Under the pieces are notes generated by a model that saw only the letters and a list, made by a program, of their open reading frames with translations, was not told the origin of the DNA and did no database searches. Below, one piece after another: positions 1-10,300 of a stretch of 40,370 nucleotides of DNA (position 1 is its first letter; each line of letters starts with the position of its first letter). The DNA lies in assembly GCA_021323375.2 (NCBI GenBank), contig JAJPCT020000005.1:1-40370 (forward strand), read 5' to 3'. The position numbers and the translations under genes are program-made. This DNA is from Candidatus Wolframiiraptor gerlachensis (GTDB lineage: Archaea; Thermoproteota; Nitrososphaeria_A; Caldarchaeales; Wolframiiraptoraceae).

Positions 1-264
1 CTTAAATAGTGTTGCGAGGTAGCTTATAAAGCTTCCCCGACGAGAGAAACACTTATAAGTCTCCCCACGGCCTCACGCGTCAGCGGACCTCGCGAATAAC
101 ACGACATTTCGGGATATTGCACCTAACCCTAATCAGATCCCAATCAGGTTTAAGTCCGCAAAACCTCAAAAACCTCTTGAGAAAAGTGATGTGGAAGTCC
201 GAGATCATCTTAGCGCAAGACCCTCAGCCTTCAACCTCTCAACAAGCTCATATGCCCAGAAAAC

Positions 265-279
265 GAAAAACTCTTATAT
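265..279 (+). promoter_or_regulatory. BRE/TATA promoter of the box C/D sRNA
   Basis: GAAAAA-CTC-TTATAT, with the TATA about 27 nt upstream of the sRNA 5' stem at 301. Confidence 0.6.
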
Positions 280-300
280 GATGATGAGACTGACTCATCA

Positions 301-357
301 GGGGATGATGTGTCTGACCAGGCTGAGCGCGATGATTGGGATCTTGAGCGCTGACCC
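301..357 (+). ncRNA. Archaeal box C/D methylation guide sRNA
   Basis: Terminal GGG/CCC stem; box C ATGATGT (305-311); D' CTGA (323-326); C' GCGATGA (329-335); D CTGA (351-354); two guides of 11-15 nt; TATA upstream. Confidence 0.8.
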
Positions 358-423
358 AAACTCATAATTCATAGTTTGGTTCACTCTGCCTAAATATCTT
401 CGCGAGCTTCTATCGAGCTTTCC

Positions 424-885
424 TCACGTCAGGGATTTTATGAATTCCTCGATCTTTCTAATGTATTCTCCCGACTTAATTTCCTTCTCACGGATGCATA
501 GTGTTGCTATTGGCTTCTTGGAAAGTGCTTCCATCTCCTTGAATGCTCTTCCCTCGTCGCTCTTGCATGTGCAGAAGAATGCTGTCTGCTTTATTGAGCG
601 GCCATATAGGGCTAGGTAGGATCTCATGGGTGATGAGAGCTTGCCAACCCATACTGGTGAACCGATCAATACTAGGTCATATTCACTTGGACTTCTAGAT
701 ACCTGCTGGATCTTTGGGAGCTTTCCAGCCAGCGCCTCATAGCCTGATCTGAGGAAGCCGAGCATGCCGGATCTACTCCTGGCGTCCCTGATCTCCTCCA
801 TGTCTGCCTTCAACCTCTCTGCGATCGCCTCGGCCACGCGCCTAATGTTCCCAGTCCGCGAGTAAAAGACCACCAAGATCCTCAT
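424..885 (-). CDS. Flavodoxin-like protein
   Basis: N-terminal YSRTGN FMN-binding loop and the YDLVLIGSPVW motif. Confidence 0.85.
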   Translation of the reverse strand: MRILVVFYSRTGNIRRVAEAIAERLKADMEEIRDARSRSGMLGFLRSGYEALAGKLPKIQQVSRSPSEYDLVLIGSPVWVGKLSSPMRSYLALYGRSIKQTAFFCTCKSDEGRAFKEMEALSKKPIATLCIREKEIKSGEYIRKIEEFIKSLT

Positions 886-949
886 ATTATTCTCTTGGTA
901 ACACTTCCCCTGGGAAATGTTTAAGTCTTTAGGTCTTACTCAGAGGTTC

Positions 950-1366
950 ATGCGATACAAGCTTGATGGCAGTATCCTCTTCATTAAGCTGGATGATGGG
1001 GAGAATTTCTTGGGGGAGATCTGTAGGGCGCTTGAGAACACGGGCTCCAGCTCCGGGGTCATCCTGAGCTGTGTCGGCATGATGAGGGAGATTGTCCTCG
1101 CTTACTTCAAGGGAGAGTATATTGAGAGGGCTCTTCCAAGCCCCATGGAGATCGTGTCAGTGGAGGGGAATATTGCTCAAGGGGATGATGGAAGCCTCCA
1201 GCCACATATTCATGTAGCCCTAGCGGATGAGAGCCTCAAAGTTTATGGTGGCCATTTAAGGAGGGCGACAGTGCATAATACTGCGGAGATCGCGATGTTG
1301 ATACCGAGGGGCGTGAGCCTCGTCAGGAGGAGGGTTAACTCTAGGATTGAGTTATTCATCGAGTAG
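950..1366 (+). CDS. PPC/DUF296 domain protein
   Basis: EIVSVEGNI, PHIHVALAD and YGGHL motifs; start moved to ATG 950, downstream of a TTTAAG box. Confidence 0.85.
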   Translation: MRYKLDGSILFIKLDDGENFLGEICRALENTGSSSGVILSCVGMMREIVLAYFKGEYIERALPSPMEIVSVEGNIAQGDDGSLQPHIHVALADESLKVYGGHLRRATVHNTAEIAMLIPRGVSLVRRRVNSRIELFIE

Positions 1367-1777
1367 TTGGGGGATGTTGTCGTGGAGGGCGGTATAGTGG
1401 TGACCGTTGACGCCGATGTTTATCCGACTGAGGATCCTGAGAAGGTCTTAAGGGCTGTTAGGAACATCTTCCCCTCGATAAACTTCGAGGTTAAGTGGCT
1501 TGACTCATCAGCTAGGGTTGAGGGCTCGGCTGAGGGATATGAGGCTCTAGAGAACTTGAAGAGGCTTCTTAGAGAGAGGAGGATTAGGGCGGCGGCTAGG
1601 AGCATCCTAAAATCCTCGATACGCGATGATCTTCTCATCTTCTACTTGAATAAGCAGGCGGCTTATGCTGGTAAGGCATCATTCACGGAGCCTTTCATCG
1701 AGTCCCCGCTCCCGCCGATAAGAGTGATTGTTAGGGCGCCGAACCTCGAGGAGGTGATAAACTGGCTGACCGAGTAG
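1367..1777 (+). CDS. DUF54 family putative RNA-binding protein
   Basis: VYPTEDPEKVLRAVRNIFP and LNKQAAYAG motifs. Confidence 0.8.
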   Translation: MGDVVVEGGIVVTVDADVYPTEDPEKVLRAVRNIFPSINFEVKWLDSSARVEGSAEGYEALENLKRLLRERRIRAAARSILKSSIRDDLLIFYLNKQAAYAGKASFTEPFIESPLPPIRVIVRAPNLEEVINWLTE

Positions 1778-1779
1778 GA

Positions 1780-2700
1780 CTAGTCGGGAAGTGGGACCTC
1801 GATACTCAGCAAGTCCTCGGCGAGATAAGTGTTCGGGAAAACCTGCCTCGCCTCCATCAAGAGCTTCTCCTCATCCCCCTCATATCTCGGGCTTATATGG
1901 AATAGGTAAAGCCTCTTAACACCCGCCCTAAGCGCGACCTCCGCAGCCTGCCTCGCCGTCGAGTGCCCCTCCCTCACAGCATCCTCCTCAAACTCGGAGC
2001 CAAAGGTCGCATCATGTATCAGTATATCTGCGTCCCTCGAAAACTCGACAATCTCATCAGATGGCCTAGTATCGCCCGTGTAGACTATGATTCTACCGCG
2101 CCTCGGCGGCCCGACAACCTCTTCAGGCCTTATTACTCTGCCGGAGAATTCTATAGGCTCGCCGCGCTGAAGCCTTCCCCATAGAGGGCCTCTCGGCACC
2201 CCCAGCTCCTCCAATACCTCAACCTTCATCCTACCCGGCCTATCCCTCTCCCTGAGCCTGTATGCGAGTGACTTTACCGTGTGAGATGCATTCGTGGCCT
2301 CCAACACGAAGTCTCTCGACTCGTATGCTATCCCGCCATCGATCTCCTTCACCTCGATCTCATAGCTCAGCCTGCCGAATCTTATCGAGAGCAGCGCTTC
2401 AACGAAGTCCTTAGTGCCCCTTGGGCCTATAATCTTGAGGGGATGTCTTCTATCGAGCATGGAGAGCGTGTAGACGAGGCCCGGCAGGCCGAATATATGG
2501 TCGCCATGCAAGTGTGTTAGCAGGATTGTTAGCTTCTGCCTAAAGCCCGTCCCCGCCCTCATCATCTGCCTCTGCGTGCCCTCGCCGCAGTCGAAGAGGA
2601 TTAGCTCCCCCGAATACATCACGGCTACTGATGGAAGGGAGCGGCTTATGCTGGGGATCCCGCCGCCCGTGCCCAGAAATGTAACCCTCATCACAGTCAT
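1780..2700 (-). CDS. rnz: Ribonuclease Z (tRNA 3' processing)
   Basis: FLGTGGG, DCGEGTQRQ, THLHGDH, GP-rich flexible arm, YTGDT, HDATF and HISPRY motifs. Confidence 0.95.
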   Translation of the reverse strand: MTVMRVTFLGTGGGIPSISRSLPSVAVMYSGELILFDCGEGTQRQMMRAGTGFRQKLTILLTHLHGDHIFGLPGLVYTLSMLDRRHPLKIIGPRGTKDFVEALLSIRFGRLSYEIEVKEIDGGIAYESRDFVLEATNASHTVKSLAYRLRERDRPGRMKVEVLEELGVPRGPLWGRLQRGEPIEFSGRVIRPEEVVGPPRRGRIIVYTGDTRPSDEIVEFSRDADILIHDATFGSEFEEDAVREGHSTARQAAEVALRAGVKRLYLFHISPRYEGDEEKLLMEARQVFPNTYLAEDLLSIEVPLPD

Positions 2701-3740
2701 CTCTCCAGCACCACCACCCTCCTGACAAGGCTCCCATGAACGTGCACGATATGAGACTCCCTTAATCTAAGCTCATGTTTCTCGATTAATTCTTCGAGGC
2801 CGAGTTCTGCGGGAGCTGCCATGACAATCTTGCCACAATCCTTTAGGAGAGCTAGACACCCCTCGAGGAAATTGTCGAGAAGTGTTATGACAGACCTATC
2901 GGGAACGGTTGTCGATCTACCATATGGTGGGTCTGTGACTATTGCGTCGAAGATCTTCTCCCTGAACATGGGCTTCCTCGCGTCGCCGACGATAATATTC
3001 TCCTCCCCCGGGGTATAGTGTCTGAGGTTTTTTAGCGCTCCCTCGGCTATCCATCTCTTGAGCTCTATGCCATAAACCCTGTATCCGAGCAGTATTCCCT
3101 CAATCATTATTCCCCCGGTGCCGGCGAATGGGTCGAGGATTAGGCCGCCCGGCTCTATGCCCGCGAGGTTTATCATCGCCCTTGATAAGTCCGGCTGCAT
3201 CGCGGATGGTAGCGAGAACGGCCTCCTGCCAGCAAGCCTATCATAGAAGAAGTGCTTGGGCTTCATTTCAACCAGCGATCCCACAACAGTCTCAGAGGGG
3301 CTTGATATGAAGAAGATCATGATGTCGGGCTTCTCCAAATCAACCCTGAGACCGGGCCTTAGCTCTAGAATCCTCTCGCCGATCATCCTCTCGAGCTTTA
3401 GCCTGTCGATGGAGGCGCCCATGATCCTCTTCCCCCTAACAGCCATTGTTAAGGCGGTTGGCGGGATGAGCCTCTCAACAGCCTCCCCGCCTATCAGGCT
3501 GAGTATCGCCTCGGGGCTCGTCTCAGAGATCCCCAAAAACCTTCCACAGAGCTTCGTATAGGCGGTCCTCCTCACAGCCTCCCGCGCTGCCTCCTCCGAT
3601 GTCTCCGCTAAGACTATCCTACCTGACCCGGTCTCCTGAATCCTGGCCTCCGGGTCAAGGAGTTTTAGAACGGACTTTAACTCCGACGCGGGGACGGTCT
3701 TATGCTCTCCCGATAGGAGGAAGAAGAATCTCTCCTTCAA
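2697..3740 (-). CDS. tRNA (guanine-10-N2) methyltransferase, THUMP + SAM domain (Trm11/Trm-G10)
   Basis: LSGEH N-terminus, RRPF, LDPFAGTGG, TDPPYG and HVHGSLVR motifs. Confidence 0.85.
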   Translation of the reverse strand: MKERFFFLLSGEHKTVPASELKSVLKLLDPEARIQETGSGRIVLAETSEEAAREAVRRTAYTKLCGRFLGISETSPEAILSLIGGEAVERLIPPTALTMAVRGKRIMGASIDRLKLERMIGERILELRPGLRVDLEKPDIMIFFISSPSETVVGSLVEMKPKHFFYDRLAGRRPFSLPSAMQPDLSRAMINLAGIEPGGLILDPFAGTGGIMIEGILLGYRVYGIELKRWIAEGALKNLRHYTPGEENIIVGDARKPMFREKIFDAIVTDPPYGRSTTVPDRSVITLLDNFLEGCLALLKDCGKIVMAAPAELGLEELIEKHELRLRESHIVHVHGSLVRRVVVLER

Positions 3741-4612
3741 GCTCTGCCTAGAACTTCCCTAGCCAATATTCTCGCGACCGAGTATCTGGAGTAGTTGCTT
3801 GGCACGGTGTCGGAGGCGATTATCGTCTCGGCTCCAGCCCTGAGGATCTTCTCGGCGGCATTCTCGATCATTAGGCCGTGGATGCATGCCGCGATTATCC
3901 TGCGTGCGCCCATATTCCTCAAAACCTCCACGAGCTTGGCCATAGTTCCTCCCGTGCTAATTATATCATCAACGACGAGCACGCTTCTACCCCTAACGCT
4001 ATCCTCGAGCACGACTGAGACCTCGCCCGTAAATTTGTCCCTAGTTGATTGAGCGACTAGGTAATCCATCCCAAGGAAGCCGGCAACCCTCTCCGCCATG
4101 CACCTCCCCTTCTTCCCCACGGAGACAACCACGGCATCATAGAGCCCCAGATCCTTGATATAGCTGGCGAGAGCTTCCTCGGCTAGAATATCCTTAACGG
4201 GCACCGGCGATGACTCGACCGCCCAAGGAGAGTGGACGTTCACGGTGTATACCCGCTCGTATCCGGAGGCCTTAAGCAGCTTGAGCAGCGTGCTTAGGCT
4301 CATCGCCTCTCCATCCAGAAAGCGCTTATCCTGCCTCGCGTAGGCGAGGTATGGTGATAGAAGGTGGACGGATCTCGCGCCGAGATCTAGAGCCGCGTCG
4401 GCCATCAAGAATGCTTGGAAAATATGTCTATCCTGTGGTGGATGAAATCCTTGGATTATTAGCAGATCCTCTCCGGAGACCTTCTCCGGGAAGCGTATGT
4501 AGCTCTCGCCATCGGGGAAGAGCTTATGCTCAACCCTGATCAGCTTGAGGCCGGAGGCCTCGGAGATTTTCTCAGCAAGGTATGCTGAGGCCGGCCCCCC
4601 GACAATTATCAT
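3737..4612 (-). CDS. prs: Ribose-phosphate pyrophosphokinase
   Basis: FPDGESYIR, PYLAYARQDK and VDDIISTGGT (PRPP-binding) motifs. Confidence 0.95.
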   Translation of the reverse strand: MIIVGGPASAYLAEKISEASGLKLIRVEHKLFPDGESYIRFPEKVSGEDLLIIQGFHPPQDRHIFQAFLMADAALDLGARSVHLLSPYLAYARQDKRFLDGEAMSLSTLLKLLKASGYERVYTVNVHSPWAVESSPVPVKDILAEEALASYIKDLGLYDAVVVSVGKKGRCMAERVAGFLGMDYLVAQSTRDKFTGEVSVVLEDSVRGRSVLVVDDIISTGGTMAKLVEVLRNMGARRIIAACIHGLMIENAAEKILRAGAETIIASDTVPSNYSRYSVARILAREVLGRA

Positions 4613-4687
4613 GCAACTCCTCTTTATCCCACATATTTTTGGTTTGTCTTCATGTGGTTAAATATTGGGAGGGAGATCGCATAGGGA

Positions 4688-5194
4688 ATGCCTGGGCTTG
4701 GGGATGCTTATAGGAGGTTTTTAGCCTTGTTCATGGATAGGCCCTCGAACTTCAGCTGGGTTGATGAGTGGGTTGCGGCCTCTGGAAGGCCTATGACGAT
4801 CCATCAGCTTAGATGGATCAAGTCTAGGGGGATTGATGCGGTGATCTCGCTGACGGAACATCCCCTCCCACGCGAGTGGATTGAGCAACTTGGCATAGAG
4901 TATGCGCATTTTCCGATCGAGGATCACTCGGCGCCGGATCCAGAGACCTTGAAGGAGATTGTTGACAAGATTCTCGCCATGGTATCTGGGGAGAGGAGGG
5001 TTCTCATACACTGCGCCGCCGGCCTCGGGAGAACCGGCACCGTTCTAGCAGCATATCTTATGGTCTCAAAGGGCCTATCGGCGGAGGAGGCGATAAGCGC
5101 TGTTAGAAGGCTTAGGCCGGGATCAATCGAGCCGATCCAAGAGATCTCGATCATCGAGTTTCAGCGGAGATATTTTCCTAGAGCTGCTCCATGA
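4688..5194 (+). CDS. Dual-specificity protein phosphatase (PTP fold)
   Basis: HCAAGLGRTG catalytic CX5R loop, PIEDHSAP acid loop and RRLRPGSIE. Confidence 0.9.
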   Translation: MPGLGDAYRRFLALFMDRPSNFSWVDEWVAASGRPMTIHQLRWIKSRGIDAVISLTEHPLPREWIEQLGIEYAHFPIEDHSAPDPETLKEIVDKILAMVSGERRVLIHCAAGLGRTGTVLAAYLMVSKGLSAEEAISAVRRLRPGSIEPIQEISIIEFQRRYFPRAAP

Positions 5195-7319
5195 TCTGCT
5201 TGACTATCGCGGGGCCTATCCCGGGTATCCGCATGAGATCCTGGGGCGATGCCGCCCTAAGCTTCTCAAGCGACGTGTATCCATGCTGGTATAGGAGCCT
5301 AGCTCTAACCCTTCCTATGCCCCGGAGCCTCGCCAGCGGTATAAGCTCCTCCTTGACACCATGCTTTATCCGCTCGCTCATGATGTCATATGGCTTAACG
5401 AATTCCCTGTATCCCGCGACCTTCGCTATCTGGGATGCTGCATAGGCTATCCAGCTCGCCGCCTCCCTCAGTATCGCGAGGTCTCCTGGCTGCACCCCGA
5501 ACCTCTCATATATCTCGGCCTCTGGGACTTCCTCAACCCAAGCCTCGAGAACCAGCGCCATCCTGAATGCATCAACATATTCGTCGTATGCCTCGTCTCC
5601 AGGGTCTAGTGGCTGGATCATCAGGCCCTCGGCCCTCCGCTCAATCTCCTCCTCTAAAAGCCTTGGTGAGAGCCTTTTCATCGGTATCCTTGGGATATCT
5701 GGTGTTAGCGCGATCGAGTGTAGTAGGCCGAATGATGATACCCGCCCAGCCTCCCTGAAGGCCTCGAGAAGCCTTATGGCGGTCATCGGATCTATGTAGA
5801 GCTCGGAAACCCTCCTGCCCAAAGGCGTTGCCCTAACCTCCAGCCCATATACCTCTAGGAGGCCGGCTGACTCGAGGAAGCCCAGCACCCCAGTAAGCTC
5901 CTCCTCGATCAGGTGAGCACCATAGATATGGGCGAGAAATGTCTCATCAAAGAGCTTGAGAAGCCCATCGATAGTCGCGACCTCCTCCGAGGCGACGAGG
6001 GCGAGGACATGGAACCTTAGATGCTTCTCTGATGCGAGCTCGCTTCTAATTCTCTCGGGCTCGCCCTGCACATACCTCCTCATGAAATACTCCTTCTCAT
6101 CATTCCTCCTCGCGATTATTGCGGAGTAGCCCACCTCATCGTAGCCGGGCCTCCCAGCCCTACCGCAGAACTGCTTATACTCGAGCACGGGGATCAGCTG
6201 GTATCCGTATCCCGGCTGATATCTCCTAACCTCGGTTATAAGGACTAGCCTGGCTGGCAGGTTGACGCCTGCAGCGAGCGTCGGGGTCGCGACGACGGCC
6301 TTAAGCCTCCTAGCCCTGAAAGCTTCCTCGATAAGGGATCTCTGAGCATGTGACAGGCCTGCGTGATGGAATGCAGCGCCCCTCACAACCAGCTGGGCAA
6401 GATTCTCCGAGAATGAGCTCCTATCAGTCGCCAAGATCTTCTCGGCATATTCCTCGAGCGCCTCACGATCATCAGGCGCGAGCAGGTCTATCCTCTCGCT
6501 AAGATCCTTCGCTATCCTCGCTGCATAGCTCTCCGCCCTGCTCCTCGTCAGCGCGAAGACGAGGGCCTGCCCACCCTCAGCCACAATATTAAGGACAGCA
6601 TTCACTATCACGTTATCAGACATCTGCTTCAGCTCCCATATGCTCCCATCCGGGAACTCTATCCTCCCCCCGAGGAGCACGCCCTCCTTCAATGGCACGG
6701 GCCTCCAGTCCGAGACCACGGGCTTGGCATTGAGCCAGCCTGCCACCTCATCCGCGTTGCTTATCGTAGCGCTCAATCCTATAAGCTGGGCTCCCGGAAG
6801 CCTCCTCCTAAGCTTCGTTATCACCATCTCGAGCGTCGGCCCCCTATCCGGATCACCGAGCAGATGAAGCTCATCAAAGACGATGAGGCTCACATCATTT
6901 ATCCAAGGTGCTCTATGCCTGAGAAGACTATCCGCTTTCTCATTCGTCGCGACTATCACGTCATAGTCCGCGAGCCATGGATCCGATGAATCATAGTCTC
7001 CCGTCGAGATCGCCGCCTTGAAGCCCGTCCCCCTGCATAACAGCCTCTTACAGTCCTCGAACTTCTCGGATGCGAGCGCCCTGAGCGGCACGAGATATAG
7101 CACCTTGCCGCCCTTCACGAGATGTATCGAAGCGGCCATAAGGGCGACGAGAGTCTTGCCGGATGCTGTCGGCGTCGCGAGGACTATATTCTCGCCAGCT
7201 AGGACCCCTGCTTGAAGAGCCTTAACCTGCGGCGGGTAAAGCTCCACTACCCCAAAATCCCTGAGATTTCTCTTGAGGAACTCGGGCACGGGCAGGTCCT
7301 CGACCAGCACTTCATCCAC
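5178..7319 (-). CDS. hel308: Hel308/Hjm SF2 DNA helicase
   Basis: PTASGKT, DELH, FHHAGL, TPTLAAGVNLPA, GRAGRPGYD and the C-terminal RVRAR/HhH motifs. Confidence 0.95.
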   Translation of the reverse strand: MDEVLVEDLPVPEFLKRNLRDFGVVELYPPQVKALQAGVLAGENIVLATPTASGKTLVALMAASIHLVKGGKVLYLVPLRALASEKFEDCKRLLCRGTGFKAAISTGDYDSSDPWLADYDVIVATNEKADSLLRHRAPWINDVSLIVFDELHLLGDPDRGPTLEMVITKLRRRLPGAQLIGLSATISNADEVAGWLNAKPVVSDWRPVPLKEGVLLGGRIEFPDGSIWELKQMSDNVIVNAVLNIVAEGGQALVFALTRSRAESYAARIAKDLSERIDLLAPDDREALEEYAEKILATDRSSFSENLAQLVVRGAAFHHAGLSHAQRSLIEEAFRARRLKAVVATPTLAAGVNLPARLVLITEVRRYQPGYGYQLIPVLEYKQFCGRAGRPGYDEVGYSAIIARRNDEKEYFMRRYVQGEPERIRSELASEKHLRFHVLALVASEEVATIDGLLKLFDETFLAHIYGAHLIEEELTGVLGFLESAGLLEVYGLEVRATPLGRRVSELYIDPMTAIRLLEAFREAGRVSSFGLLHSIALTPDIPRIPMKRLSPRLLEEEIERRAEGLMIQPLDPGDEAYDEYVDAFRMALVLEAWVEEVPEAEIYERFGVQPGDLAILREAASWIAYAASQIAKVAGYREFVKPYDIMSERIKHGVKEELIPLARLRGIGRVRARLLYQHGYTSLEKLRAASPQDLMRIPGIGPAIVKQIMEQL

Positions 7320-7335
7320 CCGCTGGAGAAGGGCC

Positions 7336-10300
7336 CTATGTTATCCTATATATCCCGGTTCTTGGGCTGAAGATCTTGCCCTCTGATAATAGCCTGCTGA
7401 GGATCTTGTTTATCTCCGCGTCTGTGAGCCCCTTCTCCCTGAGAGCATCCCTTAGCTCTTCATCCTCCGCATGCCCCTTCTCCTCCTGGAGCTCTCTCAG
7501 GGTGTCGAGGAAGATGGCGATCTTATCTCGGAGGCTCTTCGGCTTCCCGGTCAGGATGACATCTATGTCAGGTCTCCCCGTCTCAACATCTATGCCGACC
7601 TCAGAAAGGCTCCTCTTCATCAGGCTTATCACGTCAAGCACATCCTCTTCGGTCACATAGTCTCTTAGGGCCGCCCGCGCCCTGGCCTCAGCCAGCCTTA
7701 TCAGCGACTCGAGCTGCCTCGCGGTGATCGTCACGGTGGACGTCTGCTGATACATGGACCTCATCTGGAGATAGAACTCCTTAATTAGCCTGGTGGCAGC
7801 TGGCGTGAGCTCCGGCTGAATCCTCTTAGCATACGCGATGTATTTTCTCAGGATCTCGGGCTTAATTGGAGGCGCTGTCACAGCTACACTCCTTGACTGA
7901 AGCCCCAGAACATGGTCCGTGAGCTTCTCATCAAGCTCCCGGTTTGGCTCATCCCTGAGGACAAAGATCAAGTCGAACCTGGAGAGGATCGTGATGGGTA
8001 GATCAACGTTGTCGGTAAAGCTCCTATATGGGTCATATCTGCCGAGCGTCGGGTTGGCGGCCGCGAGTATCGAGGTCCTAGCATTGAGCGTCGCGACGAT
8101 GCCGCCCTTAGCTATGCTTATCGTCTGCTGAGCCATCGCCTCATGAAGCGCAACCCTATCCTCAGGCCTCATCTTATCAATCTCATCTATACATGCGACA
8201 CCCATGTCGGCTAGAACGAGAGCCCCCGCCTCGAGCATCATGCCGCCCGTACTATCCCTGACAACCGCCGCCGTATTATGAACTATGAACCCATTTGCTA
8301 TGAATGCGTGTGAATCATTTACGGTCAAGTCATATACCTCATTTAACTCCTCCTCATTCACATCCTTAACTTTAACCAAGATAATCTCATCATTTAGCCG
8401 CTTAAAGTTGTTATGTGTTCCCTTCCTCTGCCTGATGAGTGCGAGTAACTTCTGGAACTTCTCCGAATTACTAAACCCTATCTCCCTGAGGAAGATCTTT
8501 AAGGATTCCAGATCGTAAATTGATACCTCGTATACTTGTTCTTCCCTTACGACCTTGCCGTTGATAAGGCTTTCACGTGGACCGCGTCTCATGATTATTG
8601 ATGATATTATGCCAAATCTTCGTAGGAGCATATCCACCTGTTCTGCAAGCTTCTTGCTTGATGTTGAGAAGAAGACGTACTTTCCATTCATGACTCCACC
8701 ATCATTTGTGAATAATTGTCTGAGAAATCTTCCAATCAGCTTTCTAGGCATGACATGTATTAGAGGATGGATCTCAAAGTCTCTCCCCTTATCTCCGACG
8801 GGGATTCCAAACGCTCTTAAAATTCTTGCAAGGATCTTGTTTGAGAATCGGACGATATAACAATTTTCACGTTTATCCTTCTCGATCCTCGGGCTTAATC
8901 CAAATAGCTTCCTCACTCTTTTGACATAGTTTCTCGCATCTTTAATCGAGCCTGTTGAGTAATGGATTGTATAGGACCCCTTCTTGCGTGGATCCTCAAT
9001 CAAGCATCCATTTGAATATATGTCTCCTAAAAACTCCATGAGGTCTTCATTTGGATATGGGGGCAGCTTGATTCTCTCAACCCTCCTATAACTCTTGTAT
9101 GCTACAGATTTGATGTATGGAAGAACATCCTCAAAATTCATGTCGATTTTTTCGAGGATCCTTTTCAAGACCCCAAGCCTAGGGCTTGTTAGCCCCTTTC
9201 TCCACCGATAATAAATGTAATCCTCATTTACCCCAAGGAACTTTGCCGCGTTTCTCGAAGATCCAAGCTTCTTCGAGAGCCTGTCTAGTAATTCGTCTAA
9301 CCTACGTGGGTCCATTTCGACGAATACATCATCTCCTATAAGCTCATAGAGACATTTCCTCCAATCGCCCTCTAGCTCCGGGATTTTGGCCACAAGAGCA
9401 ACATGGTCCCCAACCCTCACTTCGCAAGCCTTTTTCCATTTCAAGGTTTCTCCATCTTCTGAACAGAGGATTGGTGTCTCCGCAGTTAGAGTGATCGATT
9501 TGCCCAAAACGGTATCTATCCGAATTGCCTTATCTGCCTTTAGCTTGTAATATTGTATCGCCTTGTGAATCTCAATCCTCTTCAAATCTTTCGAGGGCGC
9601 AATTAATTTAACGATTTTTGGATTCTCTGAAATCCAAATTCCATCATCCAATCTTCGTGACCCATTCTCGAGATTCTTTTCCACGACTTCTCTTATTGGA
9701 CGTATTCCATTGCTTGTATAGATTAAAGTGTCTCCTGAGACGCACAAGCCTGCTGCGGTCGAGCCTCTTCCAGATGTATAGATTCCTCTCGGCGCCATCA
9801 TGGCGACGTATTTGAGTAGCTGGCTCTTCCCTGTTCCAGGGTCTCCGACGAGTAGGAGGTGGATGTCGCCGCGTATCCTTGTGCCATCTGGGTATTGTTT
9901 CGACCTTCCGCCGAAGAGGAGGAGCATTACGGCCTTCTTCACGTGCTCTAGCCCGTAGAGGCTGGGCGCGATCGAGTCCATAAGCTTCTTATGGATCTCC
10001 GGATCCTTCGCCATCTCCCTGAAGAGCTTCTCCTCCTCGGGCGTTATGATCAGGCTCTCGGGCTCCTTGCTCGCCGTCTCTATGCTAACCGCCTCGAGAT
10101 ACATCTTCGAGGTCCTCCTCGGAGTATTGGCATCGCGCTCCGGCATTGTCCTAAGAATCCCGGTAACTATCACCCTGTCGCCAGGCCTAGCCACGTCAAC
10201 GATATCACCCTTAAGCTCTACATCAATTACCCTCGGTATCTGGCCTGGTGGAAGATCCTCAGGTTTCTCCTGTATCCCCACGAGCTGGAAGTCTATGTAC

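Noticed and set aside
1-260. Several TATA-like boxes and short palindromes (e.g. ACTTATAAGT)
   Set aside because: No assignable gene or RNA structure; likely a promoter region for a gene outside the window.
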